A DNA stretch of 58,048 nt from Xanthobacteraceae bacterium (lineage in GTDB: Bacteria > Pseudomonadota > Alphaproteobacteria > Rhizobiales > Xanthobacteraceae), in assembly GCA_019747015.1 (NCBI GenBank), contig JAIERI010000148.1, forward strand, positions 1 to 58,048, in the 5' to 3' direction. The notes beneath the pieces were generated by a model. The model worked only from the letters and a program-made list of their open reading frames with translations. It made no database searches and had not been told where the DNA came from. The translations under genes and the position numbers were made by a program. Shown here in pieces: positions 46,934-58,048 of this stretch (the first letter of the stretch is position 1; each line of letters starts with the position of its first letter).

Positions 46934-47363
46934 GTCAGCCAGCCTGTAAGCCGGGTTCTGTAGGGCCCGAATGGTTTGCACCACGCAGACGTGACGGCCA
47001 TTCCTCTGGGACGCCGATTACCCGGCGCCTCAAGCAACCTACCCGGACAGTGAGCCTGACATCGCCCCGCGGAGTTATCGTCCCAAAATACCATTCTGGA
47101 GCGAACTCGCCGCTATACCGTCCCTATTCGGTCTTGCTCCCGGTGTGGTTTGCCATGCCGCTTCTATTGCTAGAAACGCGGTGCGCTCTTGCCGCACCTT
47201 TTCACCCTTACCTTCATCGAGAGGAAGGCGGTTCGTTCTCTGTGGCACTTTCCCTGGGGTCGCCCCCGCCGGACGTTATCCGGCACCGCATGTCGATGGA
47301 GCCCGGACTTTCCTCCCTCGCGACCTTTCGATCATTGCGAGAGCGGCCGTCCGGCCGACTGAC
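46934..47363 (-). ncRNA. rnpB: RNase P RNA (type A)
   Basis: Minus strand has GAGGAAAGTCCGGGCTCC, AGTGCCACAGA, GGAGCAAGACC and ACAGAACCCGGCTTAC, with a P1 terminal helix. Confidence 0.97.
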
Positions 47364-47457
47364 ATATGAGACATGAAGGCTGTGGCAGGGCGCGTCAAGG
47401 CGTACGCGCTGCCTCTCGTCACCAAATGCCCGGAATGGTGAAGCGAATCCGCGGCGC

Positions 47458-48306
47458 TCAGGCGAAGCTGATTTCCTTCGGCAACGTTTCCAGCAGGTTT
47501 TGCAGCGTCGCCAACGTCGAATGATCGGCGATGCCGTCGACGCGCTCGGGGCGGAAGTGACGCTGAAACGCGGCGATCGCATCCATGGTCGCGCCATCAT
47601 ACTGTCCCGAAGGCAAGACGCCGTAGCCGTAATTGGCAAGCCCGCGCTGGAGTGACAGCACCTGTTCACCGGTTGCACCCAGCATCTTGTGTTCGCTGCG
47701 CACGATGGGCGCCGGCTCAACCCAGTGGCCGACACCGGAATCCGCCAGCAAGCGCCATGGAAATTTCTCGCCCGGATCCTTCTTGCGCGCCGGCGCGACA
47801 TCCGAATGCGCGAGCACGCGGTGTTTTGGAATTTGCCGCCGCAAGGTTATGCCTTTGCATAAGGCGATTACCGCCGCAATTTGGCGGATCGGAAAATCCG
47901 GATAGCCAAGATCGTGACCGCCATTGACGATCTCGATGCCGATTGATGAGGAATTGATATCGGTCTCACCGCCCCATGACGATGTGCCGGCATGCCAGGC
48001 CCGTGCCTCTTCTTTCACGCATTGCATGATGCTGCCGTCTTCCAGCACCACGTAATGGGCGGAGATTTCGGTGCCGGCGGTGCAGAGCCGCACGATCGCA
48101 CTCGCGGCGTCGGCCATGCCGGTGTAGTGCAGGACGATCATATCCGGCGCGCGGCTGTCCTTGCGTGCGTCGAAATTGGCGGACGGCGTCACGCCGGAGA
48201 CAACCGACGAATCCGGCAGAAAATTCATTTCGTTCTTGAACCTTGAAAGGGGCGGAATGGGCGCCGCTGGCGGGGCGAATCCGAGAGTTGATGGTGAGAA
48301 CGACAT
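47458..48306 (-). CDS. N-acetylmuramoyl-L-alanine amidase (Amidase_2 + PG-binding, AmiD/AmpD-like)
   Basis: IVLHYT, SAHY, RAWHAG, SIGIE, HSDVAP.RK.DPG and AFQRHFR motifs. Start is 48306 or 48228. Confidence 0.92.
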   Translation of the reverse strand: MSFSPSTLGFAPPAAPIPPLSRFKNEMNFLPDSSVVSGVTPSANFDARKDSRAPDMIVLHYTGMADAASAIVRLCTAGTEISAHYVVLEDGSIMQCVKEEARAWHAGTSSWGGETDINSSSIGIEIVNGGHDLGYPDFPIRQIAAVIALCKGITLRRQIPKHRVLAHSDVAPARKKDPGEKFPWRLLADSGVGHWVEPAPIVRSEHKMLGATGEQVLSLQRGLANYGYGVLPSGQYDGATMDAIAAFQRHFRPERVDGIADHSTLATLQNLLETLPKEISFA

Positions 48307-48475
48307 GTGATGACCAATCCTGGCAAGAGAACGGCGGCATCCTGATACTGTTGTCACTATTCGGTCAGATGCCGGTTCCAGCAATCGGCGGTGTCCCGGA
48401 ACCCGCTCTTATCCACACGCGATGCGCGCATGGCACAACTGCGCTGTTGAGGGAGCAGCGCGGACCCCGATCTTC

Positions 48476-48491
48476 GTCAACGATTCCTTAA
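48476..48491 (-). promoter_or_regulatory. CtrA-like box containing a GANTC site
   Basis: TTAA-GGAATCG-TTGAC on the minus strand, in the amidase/rsmH divergent region. Confidence 0.55.
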
Positions 48492-48645
48492 TGATAATTA
48501 CCGCTACTGAAGGGTGAAGAATCGCGCCGAAATTCGCGCCATTCGCGGTTCCAATGGTGCTCGCAATTCCCATGGCAGGCCACAAAATCCCATGCGGACA
48601 GCATGTCTCGTATCGCCGGAGGCACATCGCGCGATCGGACGCGCG

Positions 48646-49650
48646 ATGACGGCGAATAACGATGCGCGCCACGTCCCCGTTCTTGGCCGCGAGGCCGCGG
48701 GCTTCCTCGCGCCGCAGGACGGCGGCATTTATATCGACGCGACATTCGGCGCCGGCGGTTACAGCCGCGCCATTCTCGATATTCCCGGCACGCGCGTGAT
48801 CGGCATCGATCGCGACCGCACCGCCATCGCCGAAGGTTTCGATCTTGTGGATCGCGCCGAAGGCCGTCTGACGCTGGTCGAAGATCGTTTTTCCAATCTT
48901 GAGGCGATCTGCGCGGCCCAAGGTTTGGGAAAGATCGACGGTGTTGTCATGGACATCGGCGTTTCCTCAATGCAGCTCGACCGCGCCGAACGCGGCTTTT
49001 CATTCCGCAATGACGGTCCGCTCGACATGCGCATGGGATCGAGCGGACCGTCCGCTGCTGACGTGGTTGCGAAAGCGTCCGAAGCCGATCTTGCCAACGT
49101 CATCTACATTTTCGGCGAGGAGCGTCACTCGCGCGCCGTCGCGCGCGCCATCGTCAAGGCACGCGAGGAGACGCCGATCGCGACAACGAAGGCGCTGGCG
49201 GACATCGTCTCGCGTGTGGTGCATGCCAAGCCGGGCGAAATCCATCCCGCGACACGCACGTTTCAGGGTCTGCGGATTTTCGTCAACGAAGAACTCGACG
49301 AATTGCACGCGGCGCTGAGCGCTTCGGAGCACGTCTTGAAAGCCGGAGGACGGCTGGTCGTCGTGTCGTTCCATTCGCTGGAAGACCGCATCGTCAAGAA
49401 TTTCTTCACCGGACGCGGCAAGCGCGGTGGCGGCTCCCGGCATCTGCCGGAGAGCGAACAGGCCGCGCCGAGCTTCGAGCTTCTCACTAGGCGTCCGGTA
49501 GTCGCGGGTGACGATGAGATCGTCGCCAATCCGCGCGCGCGTTCGGCGAAGCTGCGTGCCGCGCGGCGCACCGACGCGCCTGCGCATGACGGTGACGACG
49601 CCTTCGGCTGGCCGACGCTGGCGCGTGTGATGAGGGGAGGGAGATCGTGA
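48646..49650 (+). CDS. rsmH: 16S rRNA m4C1402 methyltransferase
   Basis: [30 protein letters not shown] and [10 protein letters not shown] motifs. Confidence 0.97.
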   Translation: MTANNDARHVPVLGREAAGFLAPQDGGIYIDATFGAGGYSRAILDIPGTRVIGIDRDRTAIAEGFDLVDRAEGRLTLVEDRFSNLEAICAAQGLGKIDGVVMDIGVSSMQLDRAERGFSFRNDGPLDMRMGSSGPSAADVVAKASEADLANVIYIFGEERHSRAVARAIVKAREETPIATTKALADIVSRVVHAKPGEIHPATRTFQGLRIFVNEELDELHAALSASEHVLKAGGRLVVVSFHSLEDRIVKNFFTGRGKRGGGSRHLPESEQAAPSFELLTRRPVVAGDDEIVANPRARSAKLRAARRTDAPAHDGDDAFGWPTLARVMRGGRS

Positions 49651-50039
49651 GGATCATCCACCTGTTCGTCATCTGCGCACTCGTGTTCGCGGCGGCTTAC
49701 GTCTACCGGATCAAGATGGAATCGACGGTGCAGACTGAGCGTGTACTGCGTCTGCGCGCCGATATTCGCGAGGAGCGTAACCAGATTGCGGCGCTGCGTG
49801 CTGAATGGTCAACGCTGGCCTCGCCGCGCCGCTTGCAGGGGCTTGCGGAGCGGCATCTGAAGCTCAAGCCGATCGATGCGGCGCAGTTCGATCAACTCAA
49901 GAATCTTCCGCCGCGTCCGCCGAGTTTCGTCAAACCAAACGATCCTGATCCACTTGGCACGATGATCGACACTATTGCCGTCGATAATACAGGCAATGAC
50001 ACCACCGGCTCCGTGCCGCAGCCGGGGAGCGCACGGTGA
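49647..50039 (+). CDS. ftsL: cell division protein FtsL
   Basis: TM helix plus coiled coil; lies between rsmH and ftsI. Confidence 0.85.
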   Translation: MRIIHLFVICALVFAAAYVYRIKMESTVQTERVLRLRADIREERNQIAALRAEWSTLASPRRLQGLAERHLKLKPIDAAQFDQLKNLPPRPPSFVKPNDPDPLGTMIDTIAVDNTGNDTTGSVPQPGSAR

Positions 50040-51784
50040 CCGATCACGCTCTCCATGCCGCGCGTCCCGCGGAGTCACTGCGCCAGCGGCTGATCCGCAC
50101 GCTGCTCTATGGACGCAACGTTGACCGCGCAGCCAAGGCGCGCGCGCGTGTCGGTCTTGCCATACTGGCCTTCGCGGCGGTGTTTGCGATCATCGCGGCG
50201 CGGCTGATGATGTATGCCATCGTCGGCGACAGTCACGGTATGCGGCGCACGGCCTCGCAGGATGCCATCGCGACCGCCCGGCCGGACATTCTCGATCGCA
50301 ACGGTGAGATCCTTGCTACCGACGTCAAGGCGTCTTCGCTGTTTGCTGAGCCGCGCAAGCTGATCGACAAGGACGAGGCCATCGAACTGCTTACCGCAAC
50401 ACTGCCGGATCTTGATGCAGGCGAAGTGCGCGACCGCCTGTCATCGCGCAAGGGGTTTGTCTGGTTGAAACGCGAACTGACGCCGCAGCAACAGCGCGAC
50501 GTGTTTAAGCTCGGCCTGCCCGGTGTTGGCTTTTTGCGCGAGAACAAGCGCGTCTATCCGACCGGCCCCGAAGTGTCGCATCTGATCGGGCTGGTGAACA
50601 TCGACAATCAGGGCATCGCCGGCATCGAAAAATGGGTCGACGGCAATGGCCTCGCCGACCTGCACCGCGCCGGCTTCGCCACCGACCGCCAGCAGGAGCC
50701 AATTCAATTGGCGGTGGACTTGCGGATTGAGCATGCGCTGCGCGACGAACTGATGAAGGCCAAGGACAAATATCACGCCAAGGCCGCGTCGGGTCTCGTC
50801 AGCAATGTGAGAACCGGCGAGATCGTCGCGATGGTGTCGCTGCCCGATTTCGATCCCAACAATCCGCGCGAGGCCAACGATCCCGAACGCATCAACCGCC
50901 TGACCACCGGCGTCTATGAAATGGGTTCGACCTTCAAGGCATTCACGCTGGCGATGGCGCTCGATTCCGGCAAGATCACTCTGAATTCGACGTTCGATGC
51001 GCGCGGCCCGCTGCAATTCGGCAAATTCACGATTCACGACGACCATCCCATGGGACGCTTCATCAATACCAAGGAAGTATTCACCTATTCGTCCAACGTC
51101 GGGGCGGCGCGCATCGCGCTGGCGCAGGGTGTGGACGCCCACAAGGCCTTCCTTGCGAAGATGGGGCAGATGACACGCCTTCGCACCGAATTGCCGGAAA
51201 GCGCTTCGCCGCTGCTGCCGCGCCACTGGAGCGAACTGAACACTGTTACTGCCGCGTTCGGGCACGGCATCGCCGTGGCACCGCTACAGGCAGTGATGGG
51301 TATCGACGCGCTGGTGAATGGCGGCTACCTTATTCCGCCGACCTTCCTCAAGCGCACCGAAGCGGAGGCAATGGCGCTGGCGAGGAAGGTTATCAAGACC
51401 GGCACCAGCGACAAGATGCGCTATTTGATGCGTCTGAACGCCGAAATCGGCACCGCCAAGAATGCTGACGTGAAAGGATATTATATCGGGGGTAAAACCG
51501 GCACCGCTGAAAAGGTCGTCAACGGCAAATATGCCAAAAAGCGTGTGCTCAATGCGTTCACCGCCATCCTGCCAGCCGACAATCCGAAGTTTCAACTGCT
51601 TGTCATGTTGGACGAGCCACAGGCTTTGCCTGAAACCCACGGCTACATCACTTCGGGCTGGAATGCGGTCCCGACAGGGGGCAATGTCATTGCCCGGATC
51701 GCCCCGCTGCTCGGGATCGCCCCGCGGTTCGATTTGCCGCCGTCCGAGCGCCTTATTCTTGCGACATCGAGGGATAATCGGTAA
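50036..51784 (+). CDS. ftsI: penicillin-binding protein 3
   Basis: STFK, SSN and KTGT motifs; RPDILDRNG. Confidence 0.95.
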   Translation: MTDHALHAARPAESLRQRLIRTLLYGRNVDRAAKARARVGLAILAFAAVFAIIAARLMMYAIVGDSHGMRRTASQDAIATARPDILDRNGEILATDVKASSLFAEPRKLIDKDEAIELLTATLPDLDAGEVRDRLSSRKGFVWLKRELTPQQQRDVFKLGLPGVGFLRENKRVYPTGPEVSHLIGLVNIDNQGIAGIEKWVDGNGLADLHRAGFATDRQQEPIQLAVDLRIEHALRDELMKAKDKYHAKAASGLVSNVRTGEIVAMVSLPDFDPNNPREANDPERINRLTTGVYEMGSTFKAFTLAMALDSGKITLNSTFDARGPLQFGKFTIHDDHPMGRFINTKEVFTYSSNVGAARIALAQGVDAHKAFLAKMGQMTRLRTELPESASPLLPRHWSELNTVTAAFGHGIAVAPLQAVMGIDALVNGGYLIPPTFLKRTEAEAMALARKVIKTGTSDKMRYLMRLNAEIGTAKNADVKGYYIGGKTGTAEKVVNGKYAKKRVLNAFTAILPADNPKFQLLVMLDEPQALPETHGYITSGWNAVPTGGNVIARIAPLLGIAPRFDLPPSERLILATSRDNR

Positions 51785-51821
51785 TCGCGAGTCGGGACAA
51801 GCGCGAACCAGCGAGGACTCC

Positions 51822-53282
51822 TTGAAACTTCGCGATCTTTTCAGCGGCGATGCCGGGGTGACCATGCCAACCACTCAGGTTGAGGTCACCGGGCTTGCTG
51901 TGGACAGCCGCGTGGTCAAACCCGGGGATGTGTTTTTCGCTCTCAGCGGCACGAAATCCGACGGCACCCGTTTCATCGATCAGGCCATTGAAAAAGGTGC
52001 GATTGCGATTGTCAGCAACCACCTGCCGCAGGCCGACAGTCAAATCGACTCCCGCGCTGTTTTCATCGCAAGCGCCAACCCGAGACGCAGTCTTGCCCTC
52101 GCCGCCGCGGCATTTTATCCGCGTCAGCCGCAAGTGATTGCCGCCGTCACCGGCACAAGCGGTAAGACCTCGGTCGCCGCCTTTACCCGGCAAATCTGGG
52201 AAAGATTCGGTCATTCCGCCGCGAGCATCGGTACCATCGGCCTCGTCTCGCCGGCGCGTACTGTCTACGGCTCGCTCACCACGCCGGACCCGATTGCGCT
52301 GCATCGCTCGCTTGATGAAATTTCAAGCGAAGGCGTGACGCATCTGGCACTGGAGGCGTCCTCACACGGCCTCGACCAGCACCGGCTCGATGGTGTGCGC
52401 ATCACCGCCGGAGCGTTCACCAATCTGTCGCGCGACCATATGGATTATCATCCAACCGTCGAACATTACCTCAAAGCCAAGCTGCGCCTGTTCAGCGATC
52501 TTGTGGCCGGCAATGGTCCGGCGGTGATCGCCGCCGACCATGAACATTCGGCTGCCGTGATCGAGGCTTCACGCAAGCGCGGACTGAAGGTCATGAGCGT
52601 CGGACGTAAGGGCGAAGCGATCAAATTAAACGATGCAGCGATTGAGGGCTTTGCCCAGATCATCCAAGTCGAACACGCGGGCCGCGAATATCGCCTGCGG
52701 CTGCCGCTGGTCGGCGAATTCCAGATCGAGAATGCGCTGGTCGCCGCGGGTCTCGCGATCGGTACCGGCGGAGAGGCGGACAAAATTTTTGCTGCGCTCG
52801 AACAGCTCGAAGGCGCCAAGGGGCGTCTCGAATTTGTCGGTGCGCACAACAACGCGCCGGTGTTCGTCGATTACGCACACAAGCCGGACGCGCTGGCCAA
52901 GGCGCTCGAAGCGCTGCGTCCTTATGCGAAGCACAAGCTGGTCGTGGTGTTCGGCGCCGGCGGCGACCGCGACGCCGGCAAGCGTTCGTTGATGGGCGCG
53001 ATCGCTGCGCAAAACGCCGACATCGTGATTGTGACCGACGACAATCCGCGCAGTGAAAATCCGGCCGCCATCCGCGCTGCCATCCTGAACGCTGCTAAGG
53101 GTGCGAAAGAGATCGGCGACCGCGCGCAGGCGATCCGTATTGCCGTCGCGCAGCTTCAGCCCGGCGATGCGTTGCTGATCGCAGGCAAAGGCCATGAGAC
53201 CGGGCAGATCGTCGGCGACAAGGTGTTGCCGTTCAGCGATCACGAGGCTGCCGCCGCCGCGCTTGCGGAGCATGCCGCATGA
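51822..53282 (+). CDS. murE: UDP-MurNAc-Ala-Glu--DAP ligase
   Basis: VTGTSGKT, EASSHG, DYAH.PD and DNPR motifs; TTG start after GAGGA. Confidence 0.95.
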   Translation: MKLRDLFSGDAGVTMPTTQVEVTGLAVDSRVVKPGDVFFALSGTKSDGTRFIDQAIEKGAIAIVSNHLPQADSQIDSRAVFIASANPRRSLALAAAAFYPRQPQVIAAVTGTSGKTSVAAFTRQIWERFGHSAASIGTIGLVSPARTVYGSLTTPDPIALHRSLDEISSEGVTHLALEASSHGLDQHRLDGVRITAGAFTNLSRDHMDYHPTVEHYLKAKLRLFSDLVAGNGPAVIAADHEHSAAVIEASRKRGLKVMSVGRKGEAIKLNDAAIEGFAQIIQVEHAGREYRLRLPLVGEFQIENALVAAGLAIGTGGEADKIFAALEQLEGAKGRLEFVGAHNNAPVFVDYAHKPDALAKALEALRPYAKHKLVVVFGAGGDRDAGKRSLMGAIAAQNADIVIVTDDNPRSENPAAIRAAILNAAKGAKEIGDRAQAIRIAVAQLQPGDALLIAGKGHETGQIVGDKVLPFSDHEAAAAALAEHAA

Positions 53283-54715
53283 CGCAGCCGCTCTGGACCG
53301 TTGAGGCGATGGCGCAGGCGATGCAGGCCTCGCGCATGGGCACGTTGCCGGAGGCAGTCACCGGCATTTCCATCGACAGCCGCAGCATCGCACCGGGAGA
53401 GGTCTATTTCGCGATCAAGGGCGACGTTCATGATGGCCATGATTTCGTCGAGGCCGCGCTGAAGAATGGCGGTGGCGCTGCTGTGATTGCACACTCGCAT
53501 CGCGAAAAATTCTCGTATGAATTGCCGCTCCTGATCGTGCCGGATGTTCTTGCAGGATTGGTCGATCTGGCCCGCGCTTCGCGCGCGCGCTCAAACGCAA
53601 AAATCATCGCGGTGACTGGCTCGGTCGGCAAGACCTCGACCAAGGAGGCGCTGCGCTGCGTGTTCGAGGCGCAGGGCGAAACCCACGCCTCGGCGGCTTC
53701 GTTCAACAATCACTGGGGCGTGCCGCTCTCGCTCGCGCGTTGCCCGGCATCGGCGCAATATGCGATCTTCGAAATCGGTATGAATCACGCCGGCGAAATC
53801 GAGCCACTGGTGAAAATGGTGCGCCCGCACGTGGCTATCGTGACTACCGTGGAGCCGGTGCACCTGGAGTTCTTTTCCGGCATTGAGGCAATCGCCGATG
53901 CCAAGGCCGAGATTTTCTCCGGTATCGAGCCGGGTGGTGCGGCGATCCTCAATCTTGATAACTCGCAATTCGGGCGCCTTGAAGAAAAAGCGAGAGCGGC
54001 GGGCGTCTCGCGTATCGTCACTTTCGGCGCGAATGCGAAGGCCGATGCGCGGCTGATCGATGTCGCGCTGCATCCGGCATGTTCGGCGGTGCGCGCCGAT
54101 GTTCTCGGCCAGGACGTTACCTACAAGATTGGAGTGCCCGGCCGGCACATGGCAATGAATTCACTGGCCGTACTGGCGGCAGCAATGCTGGCGGGTGCCG
54201 ATCTGGCGCTCTCGGCGCTGGCGCTGACGAAGTTCAAGCCGGCAACAGGGCGTGGTGTGCGCCAGACCCTCGATATGGCCGACGGCACGGCGACCCTGAT
54301 CGACGAAAGCTACAACGCCAATCCTGCTTCGATGGCGGCGGCGCTCAATGTTCTGGGCCACGCCAAAACCGGACCGCGCGGCCGCCGCATCGCGGTGCTT
54401 GGCGATATGCTGGAGCTGGGGCAAGCCGGTCCCGATCTGCATCGCGGTCTTGTGAAGGCGGTCGAAGTCAACAGGATCGACGCGGTATTCTGCTGTGGTT
54501 CATTGATGCGTTATTTGTGGGAGGCCCTTCCTTCGGCGAAAAAGGGCGGCTATGCCGACACGTCGGCGGCGCTGGAGCAACAGGTCGTCTCCGCGATTGG
54601 CCCGGGCGATGTCATCACGGTCAAGGGCTCGCTCGGTTCGCGCATGAAGACGATTGTGACGGCACTCGAAAAGCGATTTCCATCCAAGGCCTCACTCGAC
54701 GATCTGGCGGTATAG
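53279..54715 (+). CDS. murF: UDP-MurNAc-tripeptide--D-Ala-D-Ala ligase
   Basis: [24 protein letters not shown] and LGDMLELG motifs. Confidence 0.96.
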   Translation: MTQPLWTVEAMAQAMQASRMGTLPEAVTGISIDSRSIAPGEVYFAIKGDVHDGHDFVEAALKNGGGAAVIAHSHREKFSYELPLLIVPDVLAGLVDLARASRARSNAKIIAVTGSVGKTSTKEALRCVFEAQGETHASAASFNNHWGVPLSLARCPASAQYAIFEIGMNHAGEIEPLVKMVRPHVAIVTTVEPVHLEFFSGIEAIADAKAEIFSGIEPGGAAILNLDNSQFGRLEEKARAAGVSRIVTFGANAKADARLIDVALHPACSAVRADVLGQDVTYKIGVPGRHMAMNSLAVLAAAMLAGADLALSALALTKFKPATGRGVRQTLDMADGTATLIDESYNANPASMAAALNVLGHAKTGPRGRRIAVLGDMLELGQAGPDLHRGLVKAVEVNRIDAVFCCGSLMRYLWEALPSAKKGGYADTSAALEQQVVSAIGPGDVITVKGSLGSRMKTIVTALEKRFPSKASLDDLAV

Positions 54716-54725
54716 GCGGTTTGAA

Positions 54726-55811
54726 ATGTTTTATTGGCTCACTGAATTAGTCGGCACGATTCCCGGCATCAATGTATTCCGTTACATCACCTTCCGCACC
54801 GGTGGAGCAATGGTGACCGGCGCGTTGTTCGTTTTCATGTTCGGGCCCTGGATCATCGATCATCTGCGCCTCGCGCAGGGCAAGGGTCAGCCGATCCGTG
54901 CCGACGGTCCGCCAACCCATCTCGTCACCAAGAAGGGCACGCCGACCATGGGCGGGCTGATGATCCTGTCGGGGCTTCTGGTCGCGACTTTGCTGTGGGC
55001 GAACCTGCGCAATCCCTATGTGTGGATCGTACTGTTCGTCACGCTCGGTTTCGGCTTCGTCGGCTTCTACGACGACTATCTGAAAGTCATCAAGCAGACC
55101 CACGCCGGCTTTTCGGGACGCACGCGCCTCGCCGTCGAGGCGGTGATCGCGCTCATCGCCTGCGCCGTCATTGTCTGGGTTGGCCGCGACACGACGACGA
55201 CAATCCTCGCTATTCCCTTCTTCAAGGACTTCGCGCTGAAGTTCGGCTGGTTCTTCATTATTTTCGGCGCCTTCATCATCGTTGGCGCGGGCAACGCGGT
55301 GAATCTCACCGACGGCCTCGACGGTCTGGCGATCGTTCCGGTGATGATCGCGGCGGCTAGCTTTGGCATGATCGCCTATCTCGTCGGCAACGCGGTATTC
55401 GCTGAATATCTGCAGATCCGCTACGTCGCCGGTACCGGCGAACTCGCCGTGCTGTGCGGCGCGGTGCTCGGCGCGGGACTTGGCTTTCTATGGTTCAACG
55501 CGCCGCCGGCCTCAATCTTCATGGGCGATACCGGCTCGCTTGCGCTCGGCGGCATGCTCGGCGCGATCGCTGTCATCACCAAGCATGAGATCGTACTCGC
55601 GGTGATCGGCGGATTGTTCGTGCTCGAAGCGGTGTCGGTGATCGTGCAGGTGGTCTCGTTCAGGCTTACTGGCAAGCGCATTTTCAAAATGGCGCCGATC
55701 CACCATCATTTCGAACAGCTCGGCTGGACCGAACCGCAGATCGTGATCCGGTTCTGGATCGTGTCGGTGATGCTGGCGCTCGCCGGCCTGTCCACGCTGA
55801 AGCTGAGATGA
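54726..55811 (+). CDS. mraY: phospho-N-acetylmuramoyl-pentapeptide transferase
   Basis: [26 protein letters not shown] and MAPIHHHFE motifs. Confidence 0.97.
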   Translation: MFYWLTELVGTIPGINVFRYITFRTGGAMVTGALFVFMFGPWIIDHLRLAQGKGQPIRADGPPTHLVTKKGTPTMGGLMILSGLLVATLLWANLRNPYVWIVLFVTLGFGFVGFYDDYLKVIKQTHAGFSGRTRLAVEAVIALIACAVIVWVGRDTTTTILAIPFFKDFALKFGWFFIIFGAFIIVGAGNAVNLTDGLDGLAIVPVMIAAASFGMIAYLVGNAVFAEYLQIRYVAGTGELAVLCGAVLGAGLGFLWFNAPPASIFMGDTGSLALGGMLGAIAVITKHEIVLAVIGGLFVLEAVSVIVQVVSFRLTGKRIFKMAPIHHHFEQLGWTEPQIVIRFWIVSVMLALAGLSTLKLR

Positions 55812-55815
55812 GAGC

Positions 55816-57210
55816 GTGATTCCGGTCGCCAGCTTCAAAGGCAAGACGGTTGCGGTGTTTGGTCTTGGCGGCTCGGGCCTTGCGAGCTGTCATGCGCTCA
55901 AGGCCGGCGGCGCGGAGGTCATTGCCAGCGACGACAGCGCCGACAAGCTGGCGGAAGCCGCGCGGGCGGGCTTCATCACCGCCGATCTGCGTAATGTATC
56001 TTGGGAGAACTTTGCTGCGCTTGTGCTGACGCCGGGCGTGCCGTTCACTCATCCCAAACCGCATTGGACGGTGGAGACGGCGAAGACCGCCGGCGTCGAA
56101 GTGATCGGCGACATCGAGTTGTTCTGCCGCGAACGGCGGCGCTCCGCGCCGAGCGCACCGTTTGTCGCCATCACCGGCACCAACGGCAAATCGACCACCA
56201 CAGCCCTCATTGCGCATCTGATGCGGGAAGCCGGTTTCGATACCCAGATGGGCGGCAATATCGGCACCGCGATCCTGTCGCTCGAACCGCCGGCCGCGAA
56301 CCGCGTTCACGTGGTCGAGATGTCATCCTACCAGATCGATCTTACGCCCTCCCTGCATCCGAGCGTCGGGATCCTGCTCAACGTGACCGAGGATCATATC
56401 GATCGCCATGGCAGCATCGAGCGTTACGCCGAGGTCAAGGAGCGCCTTGTGATGGGCGTACAGCGTGGCGGCACGGCCATCGTCGGCGTTGACGATTCCT
56501 TCAGTGCTGCCGCGGCCGATCATGCAGAGCTTGCGGGCATTCACACGGTGCGCATTTCGGTGAAGAAGCCGTTGACCAACGGCGTTTATCTCGACGGCGA
56601 GAAGCTGTTTCGCTCGGCGGCGAATGAAACAACGCAGATCGCCGATCTTCATGGCATCGGTTCGCTGCGCGGAACACACAACGCGCAGAACGCCGCCTGC
56701 GCGGCGAGTTGCGCGCTCGCGCTCGGCGTGCCATTCGATGTCGTGCAGAATGGCCTTCGCAGTTTCCCCGGCTTGGCCCATCGCATGGAACAGATCGGCC
56801 GTCAGGACCATGTGCTGTTTGTCAACGACTCCAAGGGAACAAATGCCGACGCCGCGGCGCGCGCATTGTCCTCGTTCGGCGATATTTTCTGGATCGCCGG
56901 CGGCAAACCGAAAAGCGGCGGCATCGAATCCTTGCGCGAGTTTTTCCCCCGCATCAAAAAAGCTTATCTGATCGGAGAGGCGGCCGGCGAGTTTGCCGCG
57001 ACACTCGGACAAGTGCCATACGAAATCAGCGGCACTCTGGAACAGGCCGTGTCGAACGCTGCGCGCGACGCGGCTGCAACCAGCCTTGAAAATCCCGTCG
57101 TACTGCTTTCGCCGGCCTGCGCTTCATTCGATCAGTTTCCGAATTTCGAGGTGCGCGGCGATCATTTCCGCGCACTTGTTCAGGCGCTGCCCGGCCTCAA
57201 GCCGGTTTGA
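55816..57210 (+). CDS. murD: UDP-MurNAc-L-Ala--D-Glu ligase
   Basis: [23 protein letters not shown] and [10 protein letters not shown] motifs. Confidence 0.97.
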   Translation: MIPVASFKGKTVAVFGLGGSGLASCHALKAGGAEVIASDDSADKLAEAARAGFITADLRNVSWENFAALVLTPGVPFTHPKPHWTVETAKTAGVEVIGDIELFCRERRRSAPSAPFVAITGTNGKSTTTALIAHLMREAGFDTQMGGNIGTAILSLEPPAANRVHVVEMSSYQIDLTPSLHPSVGILLNVTEDHIDRHGSIERYAEVKERLVMGVQRGGTAIVGVDDSFSAAAADHAELAGIHTVRISVKKPLTNGVYLDGEKLFRSAANETTQIADLHGIGSLRGTHNAQNAACAASCALALGVPFDVVQNGLRSFPGLAHRMEQIGRQDHVLFVNDSKGTNADAAARALSSFGDIFWIAGGKPKSGGIESLREFFPRIKKAYLIGEAAGEFAATLGQVPYEISGTLEQAVSNAARDAAATSLENPVVLLSPACASFDQFPNFEVRGDHFRALVQALPGLKPV

Positions 57211-57225
57211 TCCGCGCGCCGAAAA

Positions 57226-57255
57226 TTGACCCGGCATTAACTGTTCGGCAACCAT
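57226..57255 (+). promoter_or_regulatory. tandem CtrA-like boxes upstream of ftsW
   Basis: TTGA-N7-TTAA-N7-GCAACCAT. Confidence 0.55.
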
Positions 57256-57296
57256 GATGCGCGACCAATGAGCGGATTCCCGCTCAAGGACAACTT

Positions 57297-58048
57297 ATGA
57301 TTTCCCGCGAACAACGCACGCCTTTGAGCGAATGGTGGTGGACGGTGGATCGCCTGCTGCTGGCGGCGATCATGGCCCTGATCCTCGCCGGTGTGATCTT
57401 GTCGCTGGCCGCCAGCCCGCCGGTCGCCGCGCGCATTGGACTGGATCCGTTTCACTTCTTCAACCGCCACGTCATCTTTCTTATACCATCGATAGTGGTG
57501 ATGATCGCGACATCCTTCATGTCGCCCAAGCATATTCGCCGCAGCGCGCTGATCGTGTTCGCGCTGAGTGTCGCCCTCATCGTCCTCACTCTGATGTTCG
57601 GTCCAGAGGTCAAAGGCGCGAGGCGATGGATCACACTTATCGGAATCAATATCCAGGCGTCGGAAGCCGCCAAGCCTGCCTTCGTGGTGCTGGTGGCATG
57701 GTTGTTTTCGGAATCCGCGCGCCGCCCTGAAATGCCGGCGACGTCGATGGCGCTGGCGCTCTTGATGTTGCTCGTCTCCCTGCTGGTGATGGAGCCTGAT
57801 TTCGGTCAGACCATGCTGGTGCTGGCGGTGTGGGGTACGCTGTTTTTCATCGCGGGCATGCGGATGATCTGGGTGCTCGGTCTTGTCGGCGTCTCCGCAG
57901 TCGGATTGTTCAGCGCCTATCTTCTGGTGCCGCACGTCGCAGGGCGCATCAAGCGGTTCATGGATCCGGCCTCCGGCGATACATTCCAGGTCGATCTTGC
58001 GATGGAATCCTTCATGCGCGGCGGCTGGTTCGGGCAGGGACCGGGCGA
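57297..58048 (+). CDS. ftsW: peptidoglycan glycosyltransferase FtsW, 3'-truncated by the window edge
   Basis: MISREQRTPLSEWWWTVD, KGARRWI, QASE..K and EPDFGQ motifs; follows murD; open to the window end. Confidence 0.95.
   Translation, partial: MISREQRTPLSEWWWTVDRLLLAAIMALILAGVILSLAASPPVAARIGLDPFHFFNRHVIFLIPSIVVMIATSFMSPKHIRRSALIVFALSVALIVLTLMFGPEVKGARRWITLIGINIQASEAAKPAFVVLVAWLFSESARRPEMPATSMALALLMLLVSLLVMEPDFGQTMLVLAVWGTLFFIAGMRMIWVLGLVGVSAVGLFSAYLLVPHVAGRIKRFMDPASGDTFQVDLAMESFMRGGWFGQGPG

Noticed and set aside
46846-47801. ORFs 46846..47376, 47145..47369 and 47214..47801
   Set aside because: They overlap the RNase P RNA gene and are spurious.

Overview
58 kb of a GC-rich alphaproteobacterial chromosome. 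Gene content and order point to Hyphomicrobiales, probably Nitrobacteraceae/Bradyrhizobiaceae-like (inference). Most of it is core genome: msrAB, a RecD-like helicase, the class II flagellar operon fliF-fliG-fliH-fliN-flbD, sciP, fliK-flgD, mnmA, a phospholipid methyltransferase, tRNA-Met, a fadE-fadI-fadJ-thioesterase beta-oxidation operon, TetR-emrAB, RNase P RNA, an amidase and the start of the dcw cluster (rsmH-ftsL-ftsI-murE-murF-mraY-murD-ftsW, no mraZ). I saw no integrase, transposase, phage gene or CRISPR array. The most interesting items are: (i) two convergent lysine-rich micro-ORFs missed by the ORF track (48 aa and 25 aa), with a structured RNA-like element beside one; (ii) an accessory block right after tRNA-Met with an orphan BioZ-like KAS III, a fused PabAB plus PabC plus a CMD protein, and two MFS transporters; (iii) a LexA-boxed 64-aa gene; (iv) a 27-aa transmembrane micropeptide with its own terminator; (v) many readable regulatory motifs (EcfG, ECF, sigma54/ftr/IHF, CtrA, TetR operators, a CGATAT array). 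All calls are from reading motifs by eye; no database searches were run.
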